Positions 9,979 to 20,380 of a stretch of 64,000 bases of DNA are shown one piece after another; position 1 is the stretch's first letter; every line of letters starts with the position of its first letter. Position numbers and translations under genes: made by a program. Under the pieces are notes generated by a model. That model had not been told where the DNA came from and made no database searches. It worked only from the letters and a program-made list of their open reading frames with translations. The DNA is from Dudresnaya verticillata (lineage: Eukaryota): the NCBI GenBank assembly GCA_977862235.1, contig OZ374564.1, forward strand, positions 124,001-188,000, written 5' to 3'.

Positions 9979-12900
9979 CGTAAGCATCTCCCTTTACTGT
10001 CGAGAGACCTACCTCAACGGAAGTGTGGTTGCCTTACCTTCGTTTTTGCTTTCTTTCTACTTTTTTTGTATTCTTTCTATGTATTCATGATTCCGTGCTT
10101 TCAGGGTACTGCAACTTTTAGAGGTACTTAGGACAAAGTTCCGACCCTGTGAGCTAGAGGTAATGTCAAACATATCGATTTCGATAAACGAAGAATTTAT
10201 AGAGTTCTTCAGACTACCCCCCGGGATGCCGATGCGCGATGTCTTGTGAGTTTCTTTGGAACTTACTCGCGCCTGCGGACCACGAGTTTTATGGAAATGC
10301 AGTAGACTATCTGAATATGGAGCAGTAACAGACTTTTTCTGGTCTGCTAATGCCGAGGTGACAGTTTCGATTTACAGAGATTCTGTCAAAGACTCCCTGA
10401 GGTCTATGACATTACTGCTCTTCCCGTGATACTGTAGGGGAAGGTGGAATGTGAAAATCTCAAAAACACGAAAGCAGCAGCTTACACGTGAATGAAGAGG
10501 AGTTCCTGCCTGCTAGAATAGCACTCTGCGCGAATACTAACACCGAGAGCGCATTGGATTGAAGGATGTCCGAAAAGCCCTAACAATTCATCTTTTTACG
10601 GCAACAAGACAATCGCATCACTTGAAGTACTCTCCAGGAGTATGGCTTGAAACTATTTCTTCAGTTCCAGATGGGAGTTCAAATCCCATCTCCTGCCCAG
10701 AGGAGAAAACGTCTTTGGAGCTGGTGATTGTGTAGCGTCGAGGAAAGTCTCCTGAGTTTTAGCTTGCAGCTTAGACAGTTGTTCAGGGAGTGCGGCTCCA
10801 ACGATCGTCCTCTGCTCAGATAAGCGGTTGGTCACACCAACAAGCATAAGGGAAGGATACGACGGCACGTAAAGAGAACAGAAGCTGTTGTACTCTTACG
10901 CAGTGAAGAACCATTGACCAATATCACTCTGCTTGTTGGGTGGTGTCCTTTTGGACAGCAAAAGTGAGATGATTGACTTCAATGGCATAGCACAAGTTGT
11001 TTGAAGGCTTTCGGCCAGCACGGAACAACTGCTGAAATACTCCTGGAGGATAACATCACATAAGAATTGATGTTGATGATCATTCGTACAAATGGATACA
11101 GACGAATGAGGAAAATAGAAACTACAATATGTCATGTTGTTGCTACATGAATCCGTCCTACGGCGATTTGAGAGTAGGGTCTCTGTCCTCGCAGCAGAAT
11201 AGCCCCGAAAAAGGCACTTCGAGTTCAAACGGGCATTTCAGTGGACTCCCCCAGAATGTGAAAGCTGCAACACCGTGAGAGCAAAATACACGGTATGAGA
11301 CTGATTTTTGTGCAGCTTGGAAATGGTTGGAACACCACGAACAACGTTCGACAAAGAGTTTAGTGTCGCTCGCTCTCCAAGGGGATCCGGGATTTCTTCA
11401 AACTTCGGGAAGCACAGGAAAATTCTAGAGACTCATCGTTCCCAGATACTGCGTTTGGAACCCCATTGTATCGTACCCTTTCTACAGTAGAGTTCCTATT
11501 AGAGGTGTACTTTGCATACTACCCAAACAGAGCAATTGGTTCAGTACCGTAAAACGGTTTATACCACGTTTCGGGCAACGAGAATCATACTGACATCTGT
11601 TTCAACGCCTCTCAGCAACTAACTTGCAGGATCCACGAACTTTCTGTATGAATGTTTTCGTAGTACTTGTTTTCCATTCCACATTCTACCGATTTTAGAA
11701 TTGCAGGCGACTTGGTTATGTACTCCTTTCGTACATGCCGCGCTAGTATCTGCGCTTTCGTGTTTAGAGTATGCCGCACCGTCCAGGACAATAGTTTTTA
11801 GTGTCAAGCTTCACGGGGGAAATCAAGCGTGATACGGGAACCCGTAGCTCTTCGGGCACCCAGACGCTCACATTAAACAGTAATTTCAGGCAGAGCGTCC
11901 ACAGGCCAATCCAATGCATTCACCAATGGAGCTGATGGCTTGAAGGATAGTTTAGATTGTACCATTTGTTGCTGGATTCGAAGTATTCCGTTATTTGATG
12001 CCTTCTTTCTTCTTCTTTCGAGAAGCATAGTTGAAGCCGCAAAGAGAGGTGCTCTGAGTCATCTACACTATACATATGCTTTTGAAGGGCTGCTGTCTTT
12101 TCTGTAAGAGTCTGGTCCCCGCGTATTTGGAGATATGCATGGCATACTTTCTGTCTGCCCGAGAAAAGGAGGGACGCTTGGGTGTGCGTACACTTGAACA
12201 AGTCAAAAGATGAGTATTAATCCCACCAGAAGCAGTCCAGTTTCTAACTTTCGTTCGATAACTGCGTAAGGGGCATCATTGCTGTACATACAGTACTAAC
12301 CACCCGTGTGGGCGTTTGCAATCGAACGATTTCAGCGGCCAAAGTACTTCATTCAACCCGTACGAAAAGGAAGCATAACCCAACGAACTTCCTAGTGTGG
12401 ACTTCGTAGAGTCTAAAGTAGGCACGAGATTACAAGCTACCTGAACGGTACAGAACTGAACAACTCATTACCACTACTCATTAGTCCCAATACGAGCTCT
12501 CTTTGAACCCTTCAGGATGCCAAACTCTTAGTTGCCTTTAATTGTCATACTCACGAACATGATCAGCAGGTCTGCAGTGCTCTTCTTGGCTAGGCTAAGC
12601 AAAGCATACGAATGCCACGCGATGCAGAAGAAAAAGAGTGGAAAACCACGACCAAGGAGTAGTGGCTCGGGTCTCTCTATTCTGCGGATGAGCACAATGC
12701 TACGTGCATAATATGCATAATGTACGTCAGACCATGACGTATAAGTACGACATCACGACTATCGTCATGTATGGCACGCGTACATTGACTAGAGACATTA
12801 AGCATCTGCTTGTCGGTTCAGATAAGCTTTCATTGTGTTGTGCAATTCGCTGTACAGAGGTAAAGAGGTTGTTGATGAATCGCTCAGTGAATATGCAGTC

Positions 12901-13235
12901 CTGGTATTGCACTTAATCTACCTCTGGTAGTTTTCTGGAACGAGGCAAAAGCGGGGGAGTTGACTAGCAAATAACCAGAGCAGATGAACAAGGAGGGAAG
13001 AGGGGGGGATTTATTTACTTCGAGATGATCCTTACGGGCCCTGTACATTCATCTTCTTTTCGCGGAAGCTTTCCTAGTCTCCTTGGGTCGTAGACGATAC
13101 TTTTTCGTTCGCGCGGTGCGGTGCGTAAGCCCATGTCGGTTTCAATACCTCGGACTGATGGTCTTGGTAACATTGTAATGCACAAGTGCAAAGGCAATAG
13201 CGATGTACTACCCCCAATTAGTGCAAGACTGCAGA

Positions 13236-13523
13236 CTATCCGTCGTGGTGGCCTTTGCCAAGCTGCTGGTACAAAAAGGTAATTTCCTGCTCACGAGCTG
13301 CTACGGCTTCTTTGAGGTTATGGTTCTCCTGGCACAAAGCTTCTTTTTCAGCCTTGAGAGAGTTGATCTGGGCGTCCATTGCACGAAGGACGTCCTCCAA
13401 AGCTTGGAGATGCTTGGAAATATCACCGAGTGGGCGCCTGCGCCTCTCTGAGGCCGCAGAGGTATAGCGATCTTGGGTGACAGAATCCGGCCAAAATGCG
13501 GCCGAGTCGGGATGGGGGTTCAT
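13236..13523 (-). CDS. Small coiled-coil protein (95 aa) with D-box-like RRPLGDISK
   Basis: Heptad pattern LQALEDVLRAMDAQINSLKAEKEALCQENHNLKEAVAAREQEITFLYQQL; start taken at MNPHP (alternative ATG at 13679). Confidence 0.6.
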   Translation of the reverse strand: MNPHPDSAAFWPDSVTQDRYTSAASERRRRPLGDISKHLQALEDVLRAMDAQINSLKAEKEALCQENHNLKEAVAAREQEITFLYQQLGKGHHDG

Positions 13524-15009
13524 GATATCGGCGGTCGGGGTTTGGTGTTGGGGTTGCTGTTCAGAAGTGGCTGGGGCCGCAAGGATGTGAAAATTGTTTG
13601 TGAGGAGTTGGGAGAGGGCTGGCAGGAGATGCGTTTGAAATGGCGTCGTTGCTGTTGACGAGGTGACTAATGGCTGCATATGAGTGCAATGCGTATCCAA
13701 CGTCGGACCAGAGGAAGAGGAAGGTCTTTGTCGTACCCTTGCGTAGTTTCCGAGATCATCGGCGCCGTGTGGGGGAAACGGAAAGAAGCGGACCGCCGGT
13801 GCGCATAAGTGAGACAAGAGTTTGGCGCAGCGTGAGTACTATTTTTCTGTATGGTACACAAATGCCTCTGTTGGCTGGGGCATCGTCGCTGACCGGTACC
13901 GATCGGAGAAGTTTTTGCACGAGTGGTTATCGAATTGTGCGAAACTGAACAGCTGGCACAGTCGCGCCGCGTGTTGTGCACCACAACGCGTGGAAATGGG
14001 CAACGAATGGAGATGGAGTCTCTCCATTCGTATAGCAAGTGAGGAGAGCAAGGACTTGGGTGGTGTGGTGGAACATTGTTAGATTTCCAAGAGACCAGCA
14101 CGAGGTTCTGCAAGGGGCACCACCGGCACGAGAGGGGCCCTGAGGGGCGCAAAAGGGCGGGGATTTGTGGGGCGAACGCTAGCTTGGCAGGTGTGCTTTC
14201 TGCAGGTGTGCACAGTTTGTACGCACGGGCCAGGTAAGGACAGAACACGCTGCGCGCGAGAGTTGCGAGGGAGCAGACTCACAGTTGCGACCTGGCTGTT
14301 GCCAAGACCGAAGAGCTCTTGGTTGGAGCATGCAGTCGCTGAAAGTCGCAAGGTGTTGATGTAGGCGAGCGGAGGCCGAGGCCAAAGTGTGGCACGCAAT
14401 CAGTACTGCATCGATGGATAGGAGGAAGTGTGTTGGACAAAGGGGGGGTACCGTGGGCAGGAAATAGCTCGCCTGCATATGCTTTCTTCGAGCAGAGGGC
14501 TGGAGGTTTCTGTATGTTTCATGTGCGACTACAGATCGCAGCGGTTCCAAGCGTGGCAGCCGACGCCGTCCTGTGTAGAGGAGGGAGGCGACGAGTGTGT
14601 GTGGACTTGCAGGTACACGGCCAGCCCGGCGCGCAGTTGTTGACGCGAGAGAGTGAACACAACCGCCAACCCCAACCCGAGAAAGATCTCCAGACGCATC
14701 ACCATCATATTCGTTCGATCCGCAATGCACTCAAATTCGACGATTCATCGTGAATGTAATGCGCCAATCACCAACCGCATCACTGTAAAGCTATTTCATA
14801 AGGCATTGCTTACAGCGATGTGAAACGTGTCCGGCGTGGCCACTGCCGATTTGCAGTGAGGCGAGGAGCACGATGGGACGACGTGCCGCGGCTGGCACGG
14901 CCCCCGTCGACAGATCGCCCTCAATTGATCCCCACCTCGCCACTCGCAGCCCGCCTCGCCCGAACCTTCGCAGCAGTCTGCCTCTCCCTCCCCGCCACAC
15001 CGATCCGCA

Positions 15010-15936
15010 ATGGCCCAAGTTCCGCCGCTCCCCAACATGCCCCGCATGCCGCAAGGCGGCGCGAGCGGCCTCCGCGCTCTGGGCGCCCTCACCGCCGGAG
15101 CCGTTGGTCTTTCCTCGGCCTACCGCTACGGCCTCTTCAACGTTGATGGCGGTCATCGTGCTGTGCTCTTCAACCGCGTTGTCGGAGTCCGCGAGAACGT
15201 CTACGGAGAAGGAACCCACCTTCGTATCCCCTTCATCGACATTCCCATCGTCTATGACGTCCGCGCGAAGCCTCGCAATATCCAGAGTCTTACCGGGTCC
15301 CGCGATCTCCAGATGGTCACTATTACACTCCGTGTCCTCTCTCGCCCGGACCCGATGGCCCTCCCCACCATCTACCGCACCCTCGGTACTGACTGGGATG
15401 ACCGCGTCTTACCGAGTATCGTCAACGAGGTCCTCAAATCTGTTGTTGCCCAGTTCAACGCTTCCCAGCTTATCACCCAGAGAGAACAAGTTTCACGGCT
15501 GATCTCACGGAACCTCACCAAGCGTGCTCTTGATTTCAACATCATGCTCGATGACGTTTCCATCACGCATCTCTCCTTCGGAAAAGAGTACACCGCTGCC
15601 GTTGAAGCGAAGCAGGTTGCTCAACAGGAAGCGGAGCGTGCCCGTTTCATCGTTGAGAAGGCAAAGCAGGACAAGAAGTCTGCCATCATCCGAGCAGAAG
15701 GTGAGGCCCGATCTGCTACCATGATCGGTGACGCCATGCGGAGCAACCCGGCCTTCATCCAGCTCAGGAGAATTGAAGCTGCGAGAGAGATTGCCACCAC
15801 TGTTCAGCGATCGCAGAACAGGGTCTATCTTGATGCTGACACGCTCCAGCTCAACTTGGGAGCTGTTGACTCTGTCAATGAAATTAACTCGGACGATGAC
15901 GGCAAGAAAGGTCAAGGTCGCTGGTTGAACAACTAG
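15010..15936 (+). CDS. PHB2: Prohibitin-2 type SPFH protein (mitochondrial)
   Basis: [64 protein letters not shown]. Confidence 0.95.
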   Translation: MAQVPPLPNMPRMPQGGASGLRALGALTAGAVGLSSAYRYGLFNVDGGHRAVLFNRVVGVRENVYGEGTHLRIPFIDIPIVYDVRAKPRNIQSLTGSRDLQMVTITLRVLSRPDPMALPTIYRTLGTDWDDRVLPSIVNEVLKSVVAQFNASQLITQREQVSRLISRNLTKRALDFNIMLDDVSITHLSFGKEYTAAVEAKQVAQQEAERARFIVEKAKQDKKSAIIRAEGEARSATMIGDAMRSNPAFIQLRRIEAAREIATTVQRSQNRVYLDADTLQLNLGAVDSVNEINSDDDGKKGQGRWLNN

Positions 15937-16273
15937 AGAGACCTCAGCAGTTTTCGATATTGGCTGCGTTTGCTAGTGCGATTGCGCACGTGTTTTTGTT
16001 TTTATGGGTCGCCCGGATGCGATCGACATGCTGAGATGTATCAAAAGCGAGTAGCGTGTCGTGAAACGTACTGTACATGAAATGGAGGTAGGCTGCGGCG
16101 CCTGCTGGCTGGAACAGTGAGGCACGCCAGTCATTGCTGAGACTGGCGCCGTCTGGAGGACGAGAAGCTCTGTTTCAAGCAGTTGCTGTTACGTGGCAGA
16201 GTAATTCGTAGTGTTGTACTTGAAGATGTTTAGTAAGAGTACAGATCTACAAGTCCATTGTAATGAAGTAAGA

Positions 16274-17155
16274 TTACTCGTCTAGATTAGTTTCCAAGAG
16301 CTCTGGCTCTTTGCCGGGGATCGTTGTCAGCTCTAGAGTGTACTGAACTGTGGCGTTCGGAGGAATGGAGGGCTTCCCAGCACTAGCCCTGCGACCCTTT
16401 GGACCGAATGCTAGACCACCAGGCAACGTCAATTCGTAGACGTCACCAACTCTCATGAGCATAATGGCCTCCTCCAAACCCTACTCGAGAAAGGACGAGA
16501 AGGGCGCACGAGGGAGGATAGCCAGTACAATGTTTGAGTCGAAGATCGACATAGATACGCAGACAAAAATAGTAGATGGGTATGTTACATAAACTGTTCA
16601 TGGAAGAGTTGGTGCTCAGGAATGCACGTATCATCAGATGCATAGCACTTGAGCATATGTCGTGATGCGGGGCTATTACGCACAAAAGTATAGGTAATTC
16701 GCAGGGTCAGGCACCTTCCTTGGCGCTGCCGTGTTGTTCTGGTGAGCTCGCGAATTGTAGAGGGGAAAATAACTTACCTTTAGGATGGTTCCAGAGCCCG
16801 TGCGATAGAAGTATGGGGTCTGGTTCTCGAAAAGGTTATCGAAAACAACGCCGTTGTAGGCTCCTTTGAAGCGAATGCCTACGAGGTCACCAATAACCGG
16901 TGCAGGGCCATTTCCCTTCTTCACAACAGAATATTGCAAATTAGTCGCATCGTCCGCAGCGGTTGATATTTCTGCGGCGACAAGAGAGCCGGCTGCAGAG
17001 GCCAGCGCAGCCAGCACAACGCGACGGGTGAACTTTTTCGCCTCCGATGGCGGTTGCTGGACTGTTGAAGCCGGCGATGCTACGCAGATTGCGTTGCCGC
17101 GGCTGTGAATCGCACGGTGCGGAGTTCTCAACGCAGGCGTAGGAAGGAATGCCAT
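16274..17155 (-). CDS. Plastid (thylakoid lumen-type) FKBP peptidyl-prolyl isomerase; 2 exons (17155-16778, 16480-16274)
   Basis: Splicing GTAAGT (16777) to TAG (16481) joins GSGTILK to GLEEAIMLMRVGD..IPPNATVQYTLEL; N-terminal MAFL transit and twin-Arg TRRVVLAALA signal. Confidence 0.9.
16481..16777 (-). other. Spliceosomal intron (297 nt, phase 0) in the FKBP gene
   Basis: AAG|GTAAGT donor, pyrimidine tract and TAG acceptor; removal restores the FKBP domain. Confidence 0.9.
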
Positions 17156-17467
17156 CTTGAGGCGCTTGGCTGGATCACACACTCTCACAGTGAGTCTTCT
17201 TTGAGTTGCTCGGAAAAGCAAGTTCAGCTGCAAGATCGCTCCGCTAGCAGGAAATAAGATAGCACATTCGCCCAAATGTCGGGTTGGAAGAAGGTGGGGA
17301 GCACGGCGATGGTGCCGGCAACTGTGCCTCTGCCACGCGACGCTCGAGGGAGATTGTGCGGCTCGCCAAAGATCCAACGCTGGCATAGGAGGCTGCCGCT
17401 TGGCGTACAGTTGTTGGTCGAATCTCGGAAAATCTGAACTCGCTCATTCTGCGGCCTGCCCTCCGCG

Positions 17468-18406
17468 ATGCGGGCGGCTGAGGACCCTTCTTGTGACACT
17501 TCAGACCTCCACCCGCAGTCCTTCCATGACGTCCCCATGACCGCGATGCAAACCACCTTGCGAAAAGCACTGCGCTTCCATGGTACAGGCCTCCACACTG
17601 GTTTAGCATCGACGCTCACTCTGCACCCGGCACCGGCGGGCACCGGACTTCAGTTTGTGTCAGCTGGCCACTCCATACCAGCCATCTTCGAGAATGTCGT
17701 CGACAGTCGTCTCTGTACCACTCTAGCGTCACCGTCCACTCCGTCAACCGCCCTGGCCAGAGTAGAGCACTTACTTGCGGCTTTATCAGCTGCTGCCGTT
17801 GACAATGTCCGAGCAGAGGTCTCCTGCCCGGAGCTCCCAATAATGGACGGTTCAGCTGCTCCGTTTTCTGCTGCGCTTGTTGGAAACGTCGCGCCATTGC
17901 CAAATGCACCGAGGAGAAGGGTTATTGTTAAGCGACGAGTTGCTGTGCGCGCAAGCGACATGCTTGGTGAGCGCTCGGCGCTTATCATGCCACATGAGGA
18001 TCAAATGAGTGCCGGACTCAGATTAGACGTTACTACTATCTTGCGTGGACTAGGCCCGCAACGGGTTGCTTTTGAGGTCGGGGAGGAGTCGTTTCGAACG
18101 CGAATAGCCCGAGCTAGGACCTTCTGTTTCCGCACTGAAGTCGAACGCATGCGCGCTGTGGGTCTGGCGAAGGGTGGAACATTGGATAACGCAGTTGTGC
18201 TAGACGATAATGGCAGGGTGCTAAACGAGGACGGATGGCGGTTTGCAGATGAAGTATGCCGTCATTCGCTTTTGGATTGCATTGGCGATTTGCGTTTAGG
18301 CGGTTGTCTGGTTGGAGAGTTCATCTCAGTGAGACCGGCCCACGCTCTTACGCTTGAGCTCTTGCGCAAGTTGTACAGAAACCCCGACAACTACTGCATA
18401 GAATAG
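17468..18406 (+). CDS. lpxC: UDP-3-O-acyl-N-acetylglucosamine deacetylase LpxC
   Basis: QTTL..GTGLHTG, VEHLLAAL, ELPIMDGSA, IARARTF, GLAKGGTLDNA, RFADEVCRHSLLDCIGDL; alternative start near 17537. Confidence 0.93.
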   Translation: MRAAEDPSCDTSDLHPQSFHDVPMTAMQTTLRKALRFHGTGLHTGLASTLTLHPAPAGTGLQFVSAGHSIPAIFENVVDSRLCTTLASPSTPSTALARVEHLLAALSAAAVDNVRAEVSCPELPIMDGSAAPFSAALVGNVAPLPNAPRRRVIVKRRVAVRASDMLGERSALIMPHEDQMSAGLRLDVTTILRGLGPQRVAFEVGEESFRTRIARARTFCFRTEVERMRAVGLAKGGTLDNAVVLDDNGRVLNEDGWRFADEVCRHSLLDCIGDLRLGGCLVGEFISVRPAHALTLELLRKLYRNPDNYCIE

Positions 18407-18688
18407 TATCTATGTGTCTGCATGTTGCACTGCAATTATGTGCCGCCTGTCAATAAGCCTGTAATATATGTATGTACACACACAGAGTCTGTCGGGTTCC
18501 CAAAATTACGTAGCATTGTTGTGAGCTTCTTTTGTCCTGACCTCTTTGCGCTAGTTAGTACACATCCGTTGTTGCCAAAGCAAGGAGAACGAAACAAAAT
18601 ATACGGCTCGACAAGAACCAGGAGCGGACAAAAAAAGCACCACAATAGGCAATGAAGTCTTATACAAAACGCAGGCAACATGGAGATT

Positions 18689-19969
18689 TCATTTGCGTTC
18701 GTGCTCGAGCTCAGTTTGAGGATCCATCAGCTCCATACCATCCTCAGAAAACAGACGCCGAATGTTATAGACAGCCAAATCATCAAAGTCCGACACGAGC
18801 TGATCAGCTGTCTTCATTTCGTATGCGGGATGAGCACCAATGAGCGCAACAACTTTTGAAGAAACCTCATGGCCTGCCGTAATACCACTCGGGTTATCAG
18901 TGAAGACAACGCATTTACCTGGTGGGCGTTCGGCCTTTAGGGCGGCGACGAGCAACATCTGCTCCAGTGAGTCAAACTCATCATCACTTGACACGATGTC
19001 ATTCTTCGTGAAGTATTTGCTGAGCCCAAGACTTGAGACCACGGCTTCAACTCTCTGCTTCGGCCTGGATGCACAGAGAATGCATCGTAGGCCATACCGC
19101 TCCAGCATAACCAACCACCCTTCAATGCCTGCTGTTGGCTCATATCGGAAGCTCTTTTGTATCTCCTCATACAGTTCGTGCTTTCGAAAAACGCAGCGCT
19201 TCACCTCGCCCCAGTCCTGTGTCCAGTAGAAGACCCTGCTCACGGCAGCCTCTGGTGCCATTTCTTCTGCCCGCACGATATCTTCAAAGTCTGGAACAGG
19301 CAGCTTCCTCTCCTCCGCAACAGCCTGCCATGACAAGCGCTCCAGCTCCCGTGAGTTGGCGACAACAACATCCCACATGAATAATGCCCCAAATGCTTCA
19401 TCGGGCGCAAGTACGTGACGGTGACGCTGCAAAAAGTTCGGGCGCAATGACTCATTCAGCTCATCGGCACCAAGCGTCCATTGCGACCCTCCGCGAAACG
19501 TTGCCAGAGAGCGTCTAGAATTGCGGTCTACCCACGTCTCGTAGTCTGGAGTGGTTTCCTCCAAAAGGCGGTCTATGGAATGCAGCTGCTGTGTTGGGCG
19601 CGGAGGTGTCCGTGATCGCGGGCTATCTAAGGGCATGTCATCGTCCTCAAGCCCGGGGTCGGTGACGTCGCTGTCGGCACCAGTGTCGAAGCCTTCAAGG
19701 TCGTCATCATCTTCCGGTAGCGGCGGGAGCCCACCGGGTGGAAGAAACACAGCGGTAGTGCCGATTCGCCGGGTTGGCTCAAAGGGGGTTGGGGTTGAAG
19801 GGAGACGGGATGCCGCTCGCGGACGACGAAGCGGAAGACGGGCGCCGGTATAACGTGACGGGCACAGTCGCAGCGCTCTGCAGCAGGTCGGCGAGGGCGA
19901 GGGAAGAGGCAAATCCGGCAAGAATGCGGCATCTGATACGAAGGCAACAGCCCCGCAGCAGTCCTCCAT
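18689..19969 (-). CDS. Plastid-type HAD-superfamily hydrolase-like protein
   Basis: PDEAFGALFMWDVVVANS, LGLSKYF..IVS, PPGKCVVFTD..GITAGH, ADQLV; start at MEDCCGAVAF (upstream in-frame ATG at 20167 also possible). Confidence 0.85.
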   Translation of the reverse strand: MEDCCGAVAFVSDAAFLPDLPLPSPSPTCCRALRLCPSRYTGARLPLRRPRAASRLPSTPTPFEPTRRIGTTAVFLPPGGLPPLPEDDDDLEGFDTGADSDVTDPGLEDDDMPLDSPRSRTPPRPTQQLHSIDRLLEETTPDYETWVDRNSRRSLATFRGGSQWTLGADELNESLRPNFLQRHRHVLAPDEAFGALFMWDVVVANSRELERLSWQAVAEERKLPVPDFEDIVRAEEMAPEAAVSRVFYWTQDWGEVKRCVFRKHELYEEIQKSFRYEPTAGIEGWLVMLERYGLRCILCASRPKQRVEAVVSSLGLSKYFTKNDIVSSDDEFDSLEQMLLVAALKAERPPGKCVVFTDNPSGITAGHEVSSKVVALIGAHPAYEMKTADQLVSDFDDLAVYNIRRLFSEDGMELMDPQTELEHERK

Positions 19970-20380
19970 TTCGCTCGCACCGAAGCAAGAAGAGTTCGAA
20001 GCGAGTCCAGTGGGACCAGGGCTTCCGTCCCGGGGAATCGGAATCCGCTGTGTCGTTGTGGGTGTGGGTCGGGGGGAGGGGGGGTGTGCGAGTGCTCGAG
20101 TTGAGCATTTGCGGAGGCACTCGAGGTTACGCACGCTGGAAGTGCGAGTTGGAAGCTCCTGGTCCATGTGGCGCCACTGAGCCGGCTATTCGTTCGCTGA
20201 TCAATTTTCTCCGCACTTTTTGTTCTGGAAGGTCGACGCGCTGGGGCAGGGATGGGGCATTGGCATTTCAACCTTTCATCTCTAGTCTAGTCATCCCAGC
20301 CGCACTTGAATCCGCGTTGAGACTCTCCCAGTGAGACTTCGACTGCACGACCCCATTGTGCACACCCATTACCCGCCGCC

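Noticed and set aside
10000..13200. Transposon or pseudogene remnants
   Set aside because: Short ORFs show no recognisable RT, integrase or transposase motifs by eye
5549..18406. Bacterial contamination or operon (queD, sigma-70, lpxC)
   Set aside because: Interleaved with eukaryotic genes and a spliceosomal intron, alternating strands, and a transit-like extension on sigma
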